64,000 nt of DNA from Candidatus Bathyarchaeia archaeon (GCA_038727135.1 JAVYWL010000001.1:160001-224000), one strand, 5' to 3'; shown: positions 18,680 through 28,125, numbered from the stretch's first letter. The notes: a model not told the origin generated them from the sequence alone. Made by a program: numbers and translations.

Positions 18680-18729
18680 AAAGGATGCACCCGCCACCCT
18701 TTTTCAAGGATTCTTCAGCGACTGTTTGG

Positions 18730-19683
18730 CTACAGCGAAGTGCTAATGTTGACCATTTTGGCTACTGCCTTGCTGCGTAGTACGCCTAAGCCAAAGCGGG
18801 TTGTTGCCCTAACTCCGAACTCGCCCGTCCTAGGGTCTTCCCAGTCCTCCACAGTTATGTCTCTGCGGAGAAGCATGACCGCTGCCACTCTTGTGTCTAT
18901 GGCGTAAGCCACTCCGTTGGGCACTAGGGTGCTTGCCAAAACCTTCATGCCTAAAACGCTGCCGACAACGCCCCGCTCCAAATCCACATGTTCGGAAGGC
19001 AGGTACTGCGCATGAATGAACTTGTCATCGTTAAGCAGTTGGTGGAGTTGAACCTCGTTTAGGGCTAGCACTGTTGGACGCCAGTTTTCGCCCCTAACAG
19101 CATTGTGAAGCTTAACAACGCCAGACCAGTTTAGGGCTTGCCCATTATTGTCTATTGGGGCGCCGCCAGCCAAATCCGCATTGGCAATAGCCCCATACAT
19201 GGATAGAATCTTGTTGGTTTCAGCCTCGCCTAGGGCTCTTCCAACCTTCTCAGTCATGGTTTCCATAACATTCCATGTGGCGTCTTCCAAAAACTCCCTA
19301 GTCCAAACTTCAGAAGCCTCAGCCACAATGTTTGTGTAAACGTCCACGGTGCTGACCTTCTTGCCACTAAGCCTCGTGTAGGCGCCCTCAGCATAACGAT
19401 AAGCCACAGCCTTCTCATCTAACGGGAATCTTTCCATGGCTTCAGTTGTGGGACGCACCATTACGATTTCTCTTCCAATCATTTCTGGGTAGGCAGCCTC
19501 AACCAGCGTATCATGCATATGCCCAATGGCGCCAACGGTGTCGCTGAAAAGCCTCTCTTTAAGGGCTACCTCACAGTAACGCCTCAAAAAAGGGTGCGAC
19601 GAAGCCCTTCGGCTCAGATTCTCCATGAGCTGGCGGAACTCGCTGTCCGTCTCCATCAAACTCTCAAAAAGTCTCGGTTTCAC
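18730..19683 (-). CDS. Major capsid protein (HK97 fold)
   Basis: AEG E-loop, WTREFLED, GSVLGMKVLASTLVP, TRFGLGVLRSKAV. Confidence 0.85.
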   Translation of the reverse strand: MKPRLFESLMETDSEFRQLMENLSRRASSHPFLRRYCEVALKERLFSDTVGAIGHMHDTLVEAAYPEMIGREIVMVRPTTEAMERFPLDEKAVAYRYAEGAYTRLSGKKVSTVDVYTNIVAEASEVWTREFLEDATWNVMETMTEKVGRALGEAETNKILSMYGAIANADLAGGAPIDNNGQALNWSGVVKLHNAVRGENWRPTVLALNEVQLHQLLNDDKFIHAQYLPSEHVDLERGVVGSVLGMKVLASTLVPNGVAYAIDTRVAAVMLLRRDITVEDWEDPRTGEFGVRATTRFGLGVLRSKAVAKMVNISTSL

Positions 19684-19695
19684 GACATGTCCCTC

Positions 19696-20127
19696 CTACT
19701 TTTCCACGTAGATGAAGATGAGGTCTTCAGCCGCAGAGGCAGACTCCAAAGCCCACCCAAGCTTGCGGTTATAGTATATGGTGTAGGTTGCTGTCCCACC
19801 TTCGTTCACGGCTTGGTCTGTCAACTGCAGTACCCGCCTACTGGAATCAGCACCGTAAACCGCTTTACCACGAGTTACAGCGCCGCCAACCTTCACCTTA
19901 ACTCTTCCACGAACCAGCACTGGGCAAGGATCGCCTGCCGCCACACTCTTTAGGGCTATGCCAATACAGTCCTGCGCTGAAGCTGCTGGGCTAACCTTGT
20001 CATCAGCACTTAAATAGACTGGGTCGCCCTTTGTTATGGCTGCTGCAGCCTCAAAGGTTTCAATAACGGCCCTAGGGTCGTCTGTTTCGCCGATACCCAT
20101 CCAAGGCTTACCAGTGTTGTCAGCCAT
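19696..20127 (-). CDS. Capsid decoration/cement protein (DUF2190-like)
   Basis: AAAAITKGDPV...IGIA...G.V.V pattern, upstream of capsid. Confidence 0.75.
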   Translation of the reverse strand: MADNTGKPWMGIGETDDPRAVIETFEAAAAITKGDPVYLSADDKVSPAASAQDCIGIALKSVAAGDPCPVLVRGRVKVKVGGAVTRGKAVYGADSSRRVLQLTDQAVNEGGTATYTIYYNRKLGWALESASAAEDLIFIYVEK

Positions 20128-20235
20128 AAACCCACTCCCTCTCCAAACGTGAAACTGGTTTCAGCCAGTTCGTCCTGGCTTACTCCCGAAAAGGCGTGAA
20201 AACCGTCAAAGCAAGTTTCAAAGTCTAAAATCATT

Positions 20236-21405
20236 TCATTCACCGTTCCCGCCAAACTTCTGAAGCTTGTAGATGACGCCGCGAAGTTCTTGGCACATGC
20301 GCTGCGGGCCTAGACCCCAGCTTCTCTCAACCATTGGGCTTGGCAAAACGTTCCTAAGCATTCCAATAACTGTCTCCACTGGAATCACACGCTTGGCATT
20401 TTTCACAAAAACCCCTTCAACCAAGCTTCCGCTGTTTACGCTGACGCCTTTGCCAACGCTTTGGGAAGCCTTAACTGGTGTCATGTAGGCTGGATGCAAA
20501 CTGAGCCAGTCGCGGATTTTCCGTTCATCCCACATCTTCTCCTTGGCAAAGAATATGCTCTGAACAAGGCTGGTGTCCGGCTCCGCTTTAGGGCGTCCCA
20601 TGATGGCTAAAACTCCATTTTCACGGTCAAGCCAAACAGTGGCGAAATGCTCCGGCATAAAAGCCTCCACGTCCTGGTAAAATCCAAGAATGTACTCTTC
20701 AGAAGCTATTGGGCTGAAGCCCTGCTCACTAAGCCTCTCCAAGATTTGGATGTTTGCCTCTGGCACGCCTGGAACAGCCACAAGGCTGAGTTCGGCGTTG
20801 TGCAATCCTCTAGGAATTTTGCCATCAACAAAATCCAGCCTCTCATAGTCGGCGCCTATGCTCACGTGGCGGATTAGCCCCTTGCGGATTTTTTCAGCTA
20901 TTTCGTCATCGTAAATTTCAGCCTCATACCATAGGCTCTTGCCATCCCATTGGGCATCTACAACCTTTCCAACAGCATTCGCGGCAGCCACATGCTCCAC
21001 ATAAACGGGCGCGGAAACAAGCCGACTGGCAAAGGCTTCAAGCTCTTCTGGCAAGTAAATGTTCAAGTTTCGGCTCATGCCAGCAGTTAATGCTATGCCG
21101 CGGATGCGCAGCGGCTTATCAACAACCTTCTCAAGCACTTTGAAGGGCAAGACGGCAAAGTAGTGCTCCTTTCTGCCACGATGCCTTTCAAACCATTCTT
21201 TGGCCTTCTCCAAAGTCCATCCCTTAGAAACATCAAAAAGGTAGCTAACCACCTCAGTGGAGCCTTTGCCACCCTTGGGCTTGCCAATGATGGCTTTAAT
21301 CCCATCAGCCTCAGAAAGCACAATAGTGCGGAGACTTTCAGGCTCAAACTCATCCGGGTTTCGGTGGCCACTACGAATATAGTTGGCGGTTACTTCCCAA
21401 GGCAA
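20236..21405 (-). CDS. Prohead protease flanked by a duplicated ~70-aa domain
   Basis: SRNLNIY, PVYVEH, VSIGA, ELSLVAVPG protease motifs. Confidence 0.75.
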   Translation of the reverse strand: MPWEVTANYIRSGHRNPDEFEPESLRTIVLSEADGIKAIIGKPKGGKGSTEVVSYLFDVSKGWTLEKAKEWFERHRGRKEHYFAVLPFKVLEKVVDKPLRIRGIALTAGMSRNLNIYLPEELEAFASRLVSAPVYVEHVAAANAVGKVVDAQWDGKSLWYEAEIYDDEIAEKIRKGLIRHVSIGADYERLDFVDGKIPRGLHNAELSLVAVPGVPEANIQILERLSEQGFSPIASEEYILGFYQDVEAFMPEHFATVWLDRENGVLAIMGRPKAEPDTSLVQSIFFAKEKMWDERKIRDWLSLHPAYMTPVKASQSVGKGVSVNSGSLVEGVFVKNAKRVIPVETVIGMLRNVLPSPMVERSWGLGPQRMCQELRGVIYKLQKFGGNGE

Positions 21406-21558
21406 CCGGACACCAGCCCCTTAACACGCCGTTCTCAGTAAAAGAGAATACAGCAAAGAAAATGAAAAGCCGAATTGTACCACACAAGGGCCAATCTATT
21501 AGCCCAAACACGGCCCAACCTGTTAGCCTAATGGCAAAATTTTCAGAATGGGAAAAGG

Positions 21559-21903
21559 CTAGTCTTTTGTTTTCCACCATATTATTGGGAAGAACCAGAA
21601 GAAGGGCCAGATAACCCAATACTCCTCAGCAGCATGGGTGCATATTGTAAATATTGTTCCGCATTTCTTGCACCTCATTGTGCGTCTTCCAACAAGCTCT
21701 AGCTCTTTTGAGCCACATTTTGGACATGCATAATCCTCCACTTTTATGACTTGCGGCCTCTCGTAGTAGGCTGAGGTTTTCATCCATTTTAGGAAGGACA
21801 GTGCCATAAAGGCGAAGATTAGGAGGAAAAGCACAAGCATTAGGATTATGATGATGCTTGCGATAAGCGAAACGTCAAAAGCCATTACGCCTAGATCACC
21901 CAT
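21559..21903 (-). CDS. Membrane protein with zinc ribbon
   Basis: TM, CPKC/CKKC, aromatic C-terminus. Confidence 0.65.
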   Translation of the reverse strand: MGDLGVMAFDVSLIASIIIILMLVLFLLIFAFMALSFLKWMKTSAYYERPQVIKVEDYACPKCGSKELELVGRRTMRCKKCGTIFTICTHAAEEYWVIWPFFWFFPIIWWKTKD

Positions 21904-22136
21904 GTTATTATTTCCTCTCCACGCTTTTGTTTTCGCCTTAACCAAGCCCTTATGAATTCCTCTATCTCGCGTTTGTTGTAGGGGTCTTGCCAAGCGTTTT
22001 CTAGGGCTTGACACTTGTTTAACGCGCCCACAAGCCCAAAATAGGCTAAAAGCTCATGGTAAAGCAGCTCTTTTTCCGTTTCATTTAGCATTACGCCGAT
22101 TTCGGCTAGGATTGCGGTTAGAACTGCTCGGCTCAT
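21891..22136 (-). CDS. Hypothetical protein
   Basis: Coupled to 22133-22564. Confidence 0.6.
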   Translation of the reverse strand: MSRAVLTAILAEIGVMLNETEKELLYHELLAYFGLVGALNKCQALENAWQDPYNKREIEEFIRAWLRRKQKRGEEIITWVI

Positions 22137-22564
22137 GGGCGTTTCCTCGCGCCTTCTTTGGTTTTGAGCCATTCCTCGTACTGTTCTAGGGCTCTTTGAA
22201 TCTGCTTGTAGATGAAGTCTTCAGCATTGGCATAGGGCGTGTCCATCTCTTTTAAGGCTTTGTTTAGTCTTTCATAGTCTTCCCTTGGAACTTCCACATA
22301 CTCGTATTCGCCGGATTCCCACTTCAGCATGAAGCGCACCGCCTGGCGGATAAACTCCTCCTTAGTTGTGTAGCCCCTTCCTCTGTGGGTTTGGATGAAG
22401 CGTTCAACCTCGCCTAGGAGTTCTGGCGGCAATATAACCGACTGGTATAGCATAGCCTCAATGGCGTCTTGGTATGTTTGCATCTTGCTGGTTTGAGCCA
22501 TAAGCTCGCCGAGCAGAGCGGTGAGTTTCTGATGGACGTCATCTGATATGCGCAACGTTTTCAT
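22133..22564 (-). CDS. Multi-RHH transcriptional regulator
   Basis: MKTLRISDDVHQKL; VILPPEL...KEEFIRQAV; VEVPRE - three RHH-like units. Confidence 0.7.
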   Translation of the reverse strand: MKTLRISDDVHQKLTALLGELMAQTSKMQTYQDAIEAMLYQSVILPPELLGEVERFIQTHRGRGYTTKEEFIRQAVRFMLKWESGEYEYVEVPREDYERLNKALKEMDTPYANAEDFIYKQIQRALEQYEEWLKTKEGARKRP

Positions 22565-22656
22565 TTTAACCCCTTTTCTCCGTGATATTTTGTGTGGAGT
22601 AAGTCTTTTAAGTGTTTCTGATATACTAAATATACAGAATACGCTGAAGGCAAAAA

Positions 22657-22839
22657 GTGATGCCTAGAAAACGCATAGTAAAAGTTGTCCTAAGCGCCGA
22701 GCAAAAGGAAATATTAGAGGAGCTTTCGAAGAGACTTGGCACAAGCGAAAGCGAAACCCTAAGGATGGCTTTAATGAACTACGCGAAGGAGCTAAGCCTA
22801 ATGAAGGAGCGCGTCCGAAAACAAGCCCCAAAACCCTAA
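22657..22839 (+). CDS. CopG/RHH regulator
   Basis: VKVVLSAEQKEILEELSKRLGTSESETLRMAL. Confidence 0.75.
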   Translation: MMPRKRIVKVVLSAEQKEILEELSKRLGTSESETLRMALMNYAKELSLMKERVRKQAPKP

Positions 22840-22969
22840 ATCCGATTCGAATTCCGCCCAATCAACAATTTAAAATTGAGGCGCCACACAAATTTTATAA
22901 CGAGAAAAAGGGTAAACCGTTACTCTAATCTGGATGGGGCCAATTTAGGGAGGATAAGAGGAGCAAAAG

Positions 22970-23302
22970 TTGACGGGCAAAAGCTTCGAGGGAATCTTGC
23001 TGGAGGCTATTGACGAGGCTTTAGCCTCGCTGGGTGAATCCGCAAAACAATCAATTTATTATCACCTTGAAGAAAAGTTCAAACTACCCAGAAAAGAGAT
23101 CCCGAAACGCATAGGGGATTTTGCAGAAGGCCTCGAAAAAATTTTTGGCATAGGTGCGCGGTTTCTCGAAATCCTGATAATGAGGAAGCTTTATGACCGC
23201 ATTGGTATGCCCCTTGAATGGGATGAGCGGAAAGAGTTTGTTTTTGTGAATTATGTGGAAGCTGCTAGGGAGAGCTTTAAGAAGGGTAAGGCTAGGCGTT
23301 AA
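22970..23302 (+). CDS. NitrOD5/DUF3227-like small signalling protein
   Basis: EAIDEALASLGES...IYYHLE...LEKIFG. Confidence 0.7.
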   Translation: MTGKSFEGILLEAIDEALASLGESAKQSIYYHLEEKFKLPRKEIPKRIGDFAEGLEKIFGIGARFLEILIMRKLYDRIGMPLEWDERKEFVFVNYVEAARESFKKGKARR

Positions 23303-23402
23303 GTGTTTTATTGATTTTGGATTCATAAGGATTTTAATTTTGTTTTTCGAAAAGGTTTAATGCATCTTAATATTTAATATACTGAATTAAAGGCGAACAG
23401 AA

Positions 23403-23729
23403 GTGCCCCCAAAAGACTTCCAAAAAACATTCCTAGAAGCCATCGAAGAGGGACTATCAACCCTCGGCGACACGCCAAAACAAGCCATCCTATACCACTT
23501 GGAAAACACCTTCAAAATAAAACTGGATGAAATCCCAAAAAACCTAACAGAATTCCAAAAAGCCCTAGAAAAAATCTTCGGACCTGGGGCATCATACCTA
23601 GAAAAACTCATACTGAAAAAGCTTTACGACAAGTTTCAGCTGGAATTTGGGGAACCAGAAAACCAGCAGCCAAACCTAATGAGCGGGGTGGAAAGCCTAA
23701 AAAAGCGCATTTTCTCGGGTGATGCCTAA
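23403..23729 (+). CDS. NitrOD5/DUF3227-like small signalling protein (paralog)
   Basis: EAIEEGLSTLGDT...ILYHLE...LEKIFG. Confidence 0.7.
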   Translation: MPPKDFQKTFLEAIEEGLSTLGDTPKQAILYHLENTFKIKLDEIPKNLTEFQKALEKIFGPGASYLEKLILKKLYDKFQLEFGEPENQQPNLMSGVESLKKRIFSGDA

Positions 23730-23732
23730 AAC

Positions 23733-26700
23733 ATGGAAAAGAACGAAAACGTAGCCCATGTTTTGGAAAAGCTTCACTCATTATTTGACGGTTTAGAAGA
23801 CCTCGTCTATGTGGCAGACCCTGAAACCTATGAGATACTTTTTGCAAATGACAAGTTTAAAGAGGTTCTCGGCGGGGAAGTTGTAGGCAGAAAATGTTAT
23901 GAGGTTATTCATGGCGCCAAAAGCCCATGCACGTTCTGCACCAACAAATACATTTTTGGAGAAAACCTTGGAAAAACCTATGTATGGGAGTACCACTGCA
24001 AGAAAAGGAATCAATGGTACAAGTGCATAGACAAGGCCATAATTTGGCCTGGAAACAAGTATGTCCGATTTGAAATTGCCATAGACGTAACTGCGCATAA
24101 GAAGATGGAGAGGGCTTTAGCTGAAAGTGAAAAGCGGTACCGTACCCTTGTTGAGGCTGCCCCAGATGTAATTTACAGCATCTCATCTGATGGGAGGATT
24201 ATCTCGCTTAATCCAGCTTTTGAGAAGGTTACCGGCTGGAAATGTGAGGACTGGATTGGAAAACCCTTTACCGAGCTTATTCATCCAGAAGACCTTGAAA
24301 AGGCTGTGGATTCCTTCCAGAAAACTCTCGCCGGCAAGCCTGAAATGGTGGAGCTCCGTGTCCGCTCAAAGTCAGGCGACTATTTGGTTGGCGAATTCAT
24401 AAGTGTGCCTTTGATTGAGGATGGAAAGATTGTTGGCGAGCTTGGAATAGCCAGAGACGTGACAAGCCGCAAAGCCTACGAGGATAACCTTCAGAAGATT
24501 ACAACAACTCTTCAAACTTTAGTTCAGGCGATTCCAGACATTGTTTATTTCAAGGATGCTGAAAGGCGAAACCTAATAGTGAACAGCGCCTTCGAAAAGT
24601 TGGTAGGCTTAAAGAAAGAGGAGATTATTGGAAAGCGGGACGAGGAGCTCTTCCCGCCGGATTTGGCTGCTCAATGCCGAAAAAGCGACGAAGAAGTACT
24701 CAGCAAGGGCATTGCAGTCCGTGTGGAAGAACATACAGTTGACGAGAAAGGAGATAGGAGGTTTTTCGACACAATTAAGGTTCCAATTCGCGACAGAAAC
24801 GGGAACATTGCCGGCTTAATTGGTGTAAGCAGGGATATAACAGAGCACAAACTCGTTGAAGCGAAGCTAGCGGAGAGGGAGGAGCTCTTCCGCTCAATTG
24901 TTGAAAACTCCCATGACGGCATAGCAATAATAAATGGCAACTACAAAATTACTTACGCTAATGATGAGCTCTCCAACATTCTTGGATATCCGAAAGAGGA
25001 GATAGTTGGGCAGGATTTCAGAAAATTCCTAACAAACGAATGCAAGGCGCTTTTCACGAACAAGAGGCTTTGCGCACAAGCGAGGCAGCATAAAAACGAG
25101 GAGAAAGTTCTTTCGGAGTATAGGCTGAAAATCGTTAGGAAGGGCGGCGAGGAAAGGGAAATCGAGGTTAGAGCCGTAACATTAAGAAATGCCAAAGGTT
25201 GGATACGCACCATAGCCCAAGTTTTGGACATAACTGAACGCGTTAGGCTTGAAGAGGAAAGAAAACTTTTCGAGAAGAGGCTTTCAGAGCTGAACGTTTA
25301 TGCTAAGAGACTTAATGATGCAAAATCCATCAAAGAGATTTATCGACTTGCTTTAGACGCTATGGAGAAAACCCTCGGTTTTGAGTATGCCTCAATCCTC
25401 ATGGCAGAGGAAAACTTTCTGAAACTTGTTGCCTACAGAGGATACTCGAAAGTCTTCTTCCTTAAACTGCCCCTTGACGGAGATAAGGGCGTAACAGTAA
25501 AGGCAGCTAAAACTGGAAAATCAATAATTGTCCCAGACGTAAGAAAGGAAAAAGCCTACGTTAGGGGCGGCGAAGAAATCCTATCAGAACTCGCAACACC
25601 CATGAAGATAGGGAGGAAAGTTTTAGGCGTATTAAACGTTGAGAGCAGGAAGCCGGCAGCCTTCAAAGAGGAGGATAAGAAGCTCTTAGAAATATTGGCT
25701 TCACATGTGGCTATAGCGATAAGCAACCTCAGGAGAAGGGAAAAACTTTCAGCGCTAAACGCCTATGGACGCAGCTTGAACAGGGCAAGAAACGTGGATG
25801 AAGTGTGCACAAAAACTTTAGATGCAATGCAGAGGATCCTCGGGTTCAAAAATGTTGACTTCTTCCTCCTTGTCGGCAAAAAGCTTAGGCTAGCTAAAAC
25901 AAGGGGTTTAAGCTTCACGCCGAAAATTGCACTTCCACTGGATGGGGATAAGGGCATAACTGTTATGGCAGCAAAAACTGGTAAAACTGTTTATGTTCCA
26001 GATGTTAGAAGGGAGAAAGCCTACGTTGAAGCTGGGATAAAGGGGATATTGTCCGAGCTTGCAGTGCCAATAAAGATTGGAAACCGTGTTTTGGGCGTGT
26101 TAAACGTTGAAAGCGAGAAGCTGGCAGCCTTCGACGAGGAGGATAAAAGGCTTCTTGAAATACTGGCTTCCCACGTTGCAATAGCATTAAGCAACATAGA
26201 GAGAAGAGAAAGCCTCGAAAGCCTATCGGAAAAGCTTGAAAACTTGATGCGGAGCTCCACAAAAATAATGACGATTAAGGATGCCCGTAAAAGGCTTAAG
26301 GAAATAGCAAGGGCTATACAACGCTTCGGTTGGAGAAGAGTGGTTATTGGGCGTGTGGACGAAAACCTTGAACGAAAAGAGCTCATCACAGTAGGTCTAA
26401 CAAGGGAGGAGATTAAACTTCTTAAGGAGAGGAGAGCCCCGGGACACGTTTGGAAGGAACGCTTAGGTCCAAAGTTTGAGAAGTACAAGATTGGCGAGTT
26501 CTTCTACATACCATGGAGGGACCCGTGGATTAGGGAGCACTTCTTCCACATCCCACCAGAAATTCCGCTAGACATTGCAGAAAAACAGTACATGAAAGTT
26601 GCCGTTCCAAGCCGCCTTTCAGAGGAGAACATGGTGGACTGGCATCCGCAGGACATGCTTTATGCGCCACTACGTACGCCTGAAGGCAAAATAGTTGGCA

Positions 26701-27656
26701 TTTTAAGCATGGACGACCCCGTTGATGGAAAAAAGCCGACTAGGGAGTCCCTCATGCCGCTGGAGCTTTTCCTCCATCAGGCGGCAATAACTATTGAAAA
26801 TGCTGAGCTTATGGAGAGCCTTGAAAAGGCTAGGAGGGAGCTTCAGGCTTATGCTGACCAGCTTGAGCAGAAAGTTGAGGAGCGGACAAGGGAACTGCGG
26901 GAAATACAGGATAGGCTGCTTAAAGCACAGAGGCTAGCTGTCATAGGCGAACTAGCTGGAATGGTGGGACACGACCTCCGCAACCCGTTGACAAGCATTG
27001 CCGGCGCCACATACTATCTCAAGAGGAGGCTGAACCAGACCATAGATGGAAAGGTTATGGAGATGCTTAACCTTATAGAGAAGAATATTGGCTATTCGAA
27101 TAAGATAATAAACGATCTTTTGGACTATTCTAGGGAAATTAAGCTTGACATAACAGAGGCGAGTCCAAAAGCGTTAGTGGAGGAGGCTCTGGCTTCTGTT
27201 GAGATTCCAAGCAACATTCATGTAGTGAAGGTTGTTCGCAGTTCGCCAAAGATAAGGGCTGACTTTGAAAAGGTTAAGCGTGTTCTTGTGAATTTGATTA
27301 GGAATGCTGTTGACGCCATGCCTAAGGGTGGAACCCTAACAATAGGGTGTAGGAGGAGAGGCGCGAAGGTTGAGTTTGTTGTCGCGGACACGGGGGTTGG
27401 CATGTCAGAGGAAACCATGAAAAAGCTTTGGACTCCCCTGTTTACAACTAAAGCCAAGGGTATGGGTTTCGGCTTGTCCATTTGTAAACGTTTTGTTGAA
27501 GCCCACGGGGGCACAATAAAGGTTGAAAGCGCCTTAGGTAGGGGTTCAACCTTCACGGTAACCCTTCCCATAGAACCCGAAATAAAAGAAGAAGGAGGTG
27601 AAAAAATATGGTTGAAAACGCAAGAATCCTCGTTGTTGACGACGACGAAAACATAA
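23733..27656 (+). CDS. Cytoplasmic sensor histidine kinase (4 PAS, 3 GAF, HisKA, HATPase)
   Basis: HDLRNPL H-box, NLIRNA, DTGVG, GMGFGL; PAS and GAF repeats. Confidence 0.95.
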   Translation: MEKNENVAHVLEKLHSLFDGLEDLVYVADPETYEILFANDKFKEVLGGEVVGRKCYEVIHGAKSPCTFCTNKYIFGENLGKTYVWEYHCKKRNQWYKCIDKAIIWPGNKYVRFEIAIDVTAHKKMERALAESEKRYRTLVEAAPDVIYSISSDGRIISLNPAFEKVTGWKCEDWIGKPFTELIHPEDLEKAVDSFQKTLAGKPEMVELRVRSKSGDYLVGEFISVPLIEDGKIVGELGIARDVTSRKAYEDNLQKITTTLQTLVQAIPDIVYFKDAERRNLIVNSAFEKLVGLKKEEIIGKRDEELFPPDLAAQCRKSDEEVLSKGIAVRVEEHTVDEKGDRRFFDTIKVPIRDRNGNIAGLIGVSRDITEHKLVEAKLAEREELFRSIVENSHDGIAIINGNYKITYANDELSNILGYPKEEIVGQDFRKFLTNECKALFTNKRLCAQARQHKNEEKVLSEYRLKIVRKGGEEREIEVRAVTLRNAKGWIRTIAQVLDITERVRLEEERKLFEKRLSELNVYAKRLNDAKSIKEIYRLALDAMEKTLGFEYASILMAEENFLKLVAYRGYSKVFFLKLPLDGDKGVTVKAAKTGKSIIVPDVRKEKAYVRGGEEILSELATPMKIGRKVLGVLNVESRKPAAFKEEDKKLLEILASHVAIAISNLRRREKLSALNAYGRSLNRARNVDEVCTKTLDAMQRILGFKNVDFFLLVGKKLRLAKTRGLSFTPKIALPLDGDKGITVMAAKTGKTVYVPDVRREKAYVEAGIKGILSELAVPIKIGNRVLGVLNVESEKLAAFDEEDKRLLEILASHVAIALSNIERRESLESLSEKLENLMRSSTKIMTIKDARKRLKEIARAIQRFGWRRVVIGRVDENLERKELITVGLTREEIKLLKERRAPGHVWKERLGPKFEKYKIGEFFYIPWRDPWIREHFFHIPPEIPLDIAEKQYMKVAVPSRLSEENMVDWHPQDMLYAPLRTPEGKIVGILSMDDPVDGKKPTRESLMPLELFLHQAAITIENAELMESLEKARRELQAYADQLEQKVEERTRELREIQDRLLKAQRLAVIGELAGMVGHDLRNPLTSIAGATYYLKRRLNQTIDGKVMEMLNLIEKNIGYSNKIINDLLDYSREIKLDITEASPKALVEEALASVEIPSNIHVVKVVRSSPKIRADFEKVKRVLVNLIRNAVDAMPKGGTLTIGCRRRGAKVEFVVADTGVGMSEETMKKLWTPLFTTKAKGMGFGLSICKRFVEAHGGTIKVESALGRGSTFTVTLPIEPEIKEEGGEKIWLKTQESSLLTTTKT

Positions 27657-28075
27657 GGAAAGTCCTAACAACCATACTGGAGGAGGAGGGCTACATTGTT
27701 GACGAGGCTGAAAACGCCAAGAAAGCCATAGAGAAGACAAAGCGGAAAGTCTACAACCTAGCCCTAATAGACATACGCTTGCCGGACATGGAGGGTATAG
27801 AGCTCCTAACAAGGATGAAGGACACTGTGCCGAGGATGAGGAAAATAATTATAACGGGTTATCCGACGCTGCAGAACGCTATAGAAGCCGTCAACCGCGG
27901 TGCAGACGCCTACATACTGAAGCCCTTTGACATGGACAAGGTTCTGGCAACCATCAAGGAACAGCTGCGAAAATACGAGGAGGAGAAGCGCTACAGCCAA
28001 GAAAAAGTCGCGGAGTTCATCGAAACAAGAGTGAAGGAGTTGGAGGCTGAGAAGGCAGTCGAGAAGCGCCCGTAA
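27608..28075 (+). CDS. Response regulator receiver protein
   Basis: ILVVDDD, LIDIRLPD, ITG, KPF. Confidence 0.95.
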   Translation: MVENARILVVDDDENIRKVLTTILEEEGYIVDEAENAKKAIEKTKRKVYNLALIDIRLPDMEGIELLTRMKDTVPRMRKIIITGYPTLQNAIEAVNRGADAYILKPFDMDKVLATIKEQLRKYEEEKRYSQEKVAEFIETRVKELEAEKAVEKRP

Positions 28076-28125
28076 ATTTTCTGGTATTTTCCAAATTTCT
28101 CATTCTTACCCTTTCTAGATTGTAT

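Larger units (their letters stand above)
120..22839 (-). mobile_element. Head-tail (HK97-fold) virion morphogenesis cluster: cryptic provirus or GTA-like element; left boundary may lie outside the window
   Basis: Co-oriented protease, decoration, capsid, portal, neck, tail tube, chaperone, tape measure, hub and terminase genes; no integrase, primase or polymerase seen. Confidence 0.85.

Noticed and set aside
22841-22860. TCCGATTCGAATTCCGCCCA resembles a tRNA T-arm/3' end and sits at the cluster edge (possible att relic)
   Set aside because: T-stem does not pair, no cloverleaf upstream, and no second copy or integrase seen in the window
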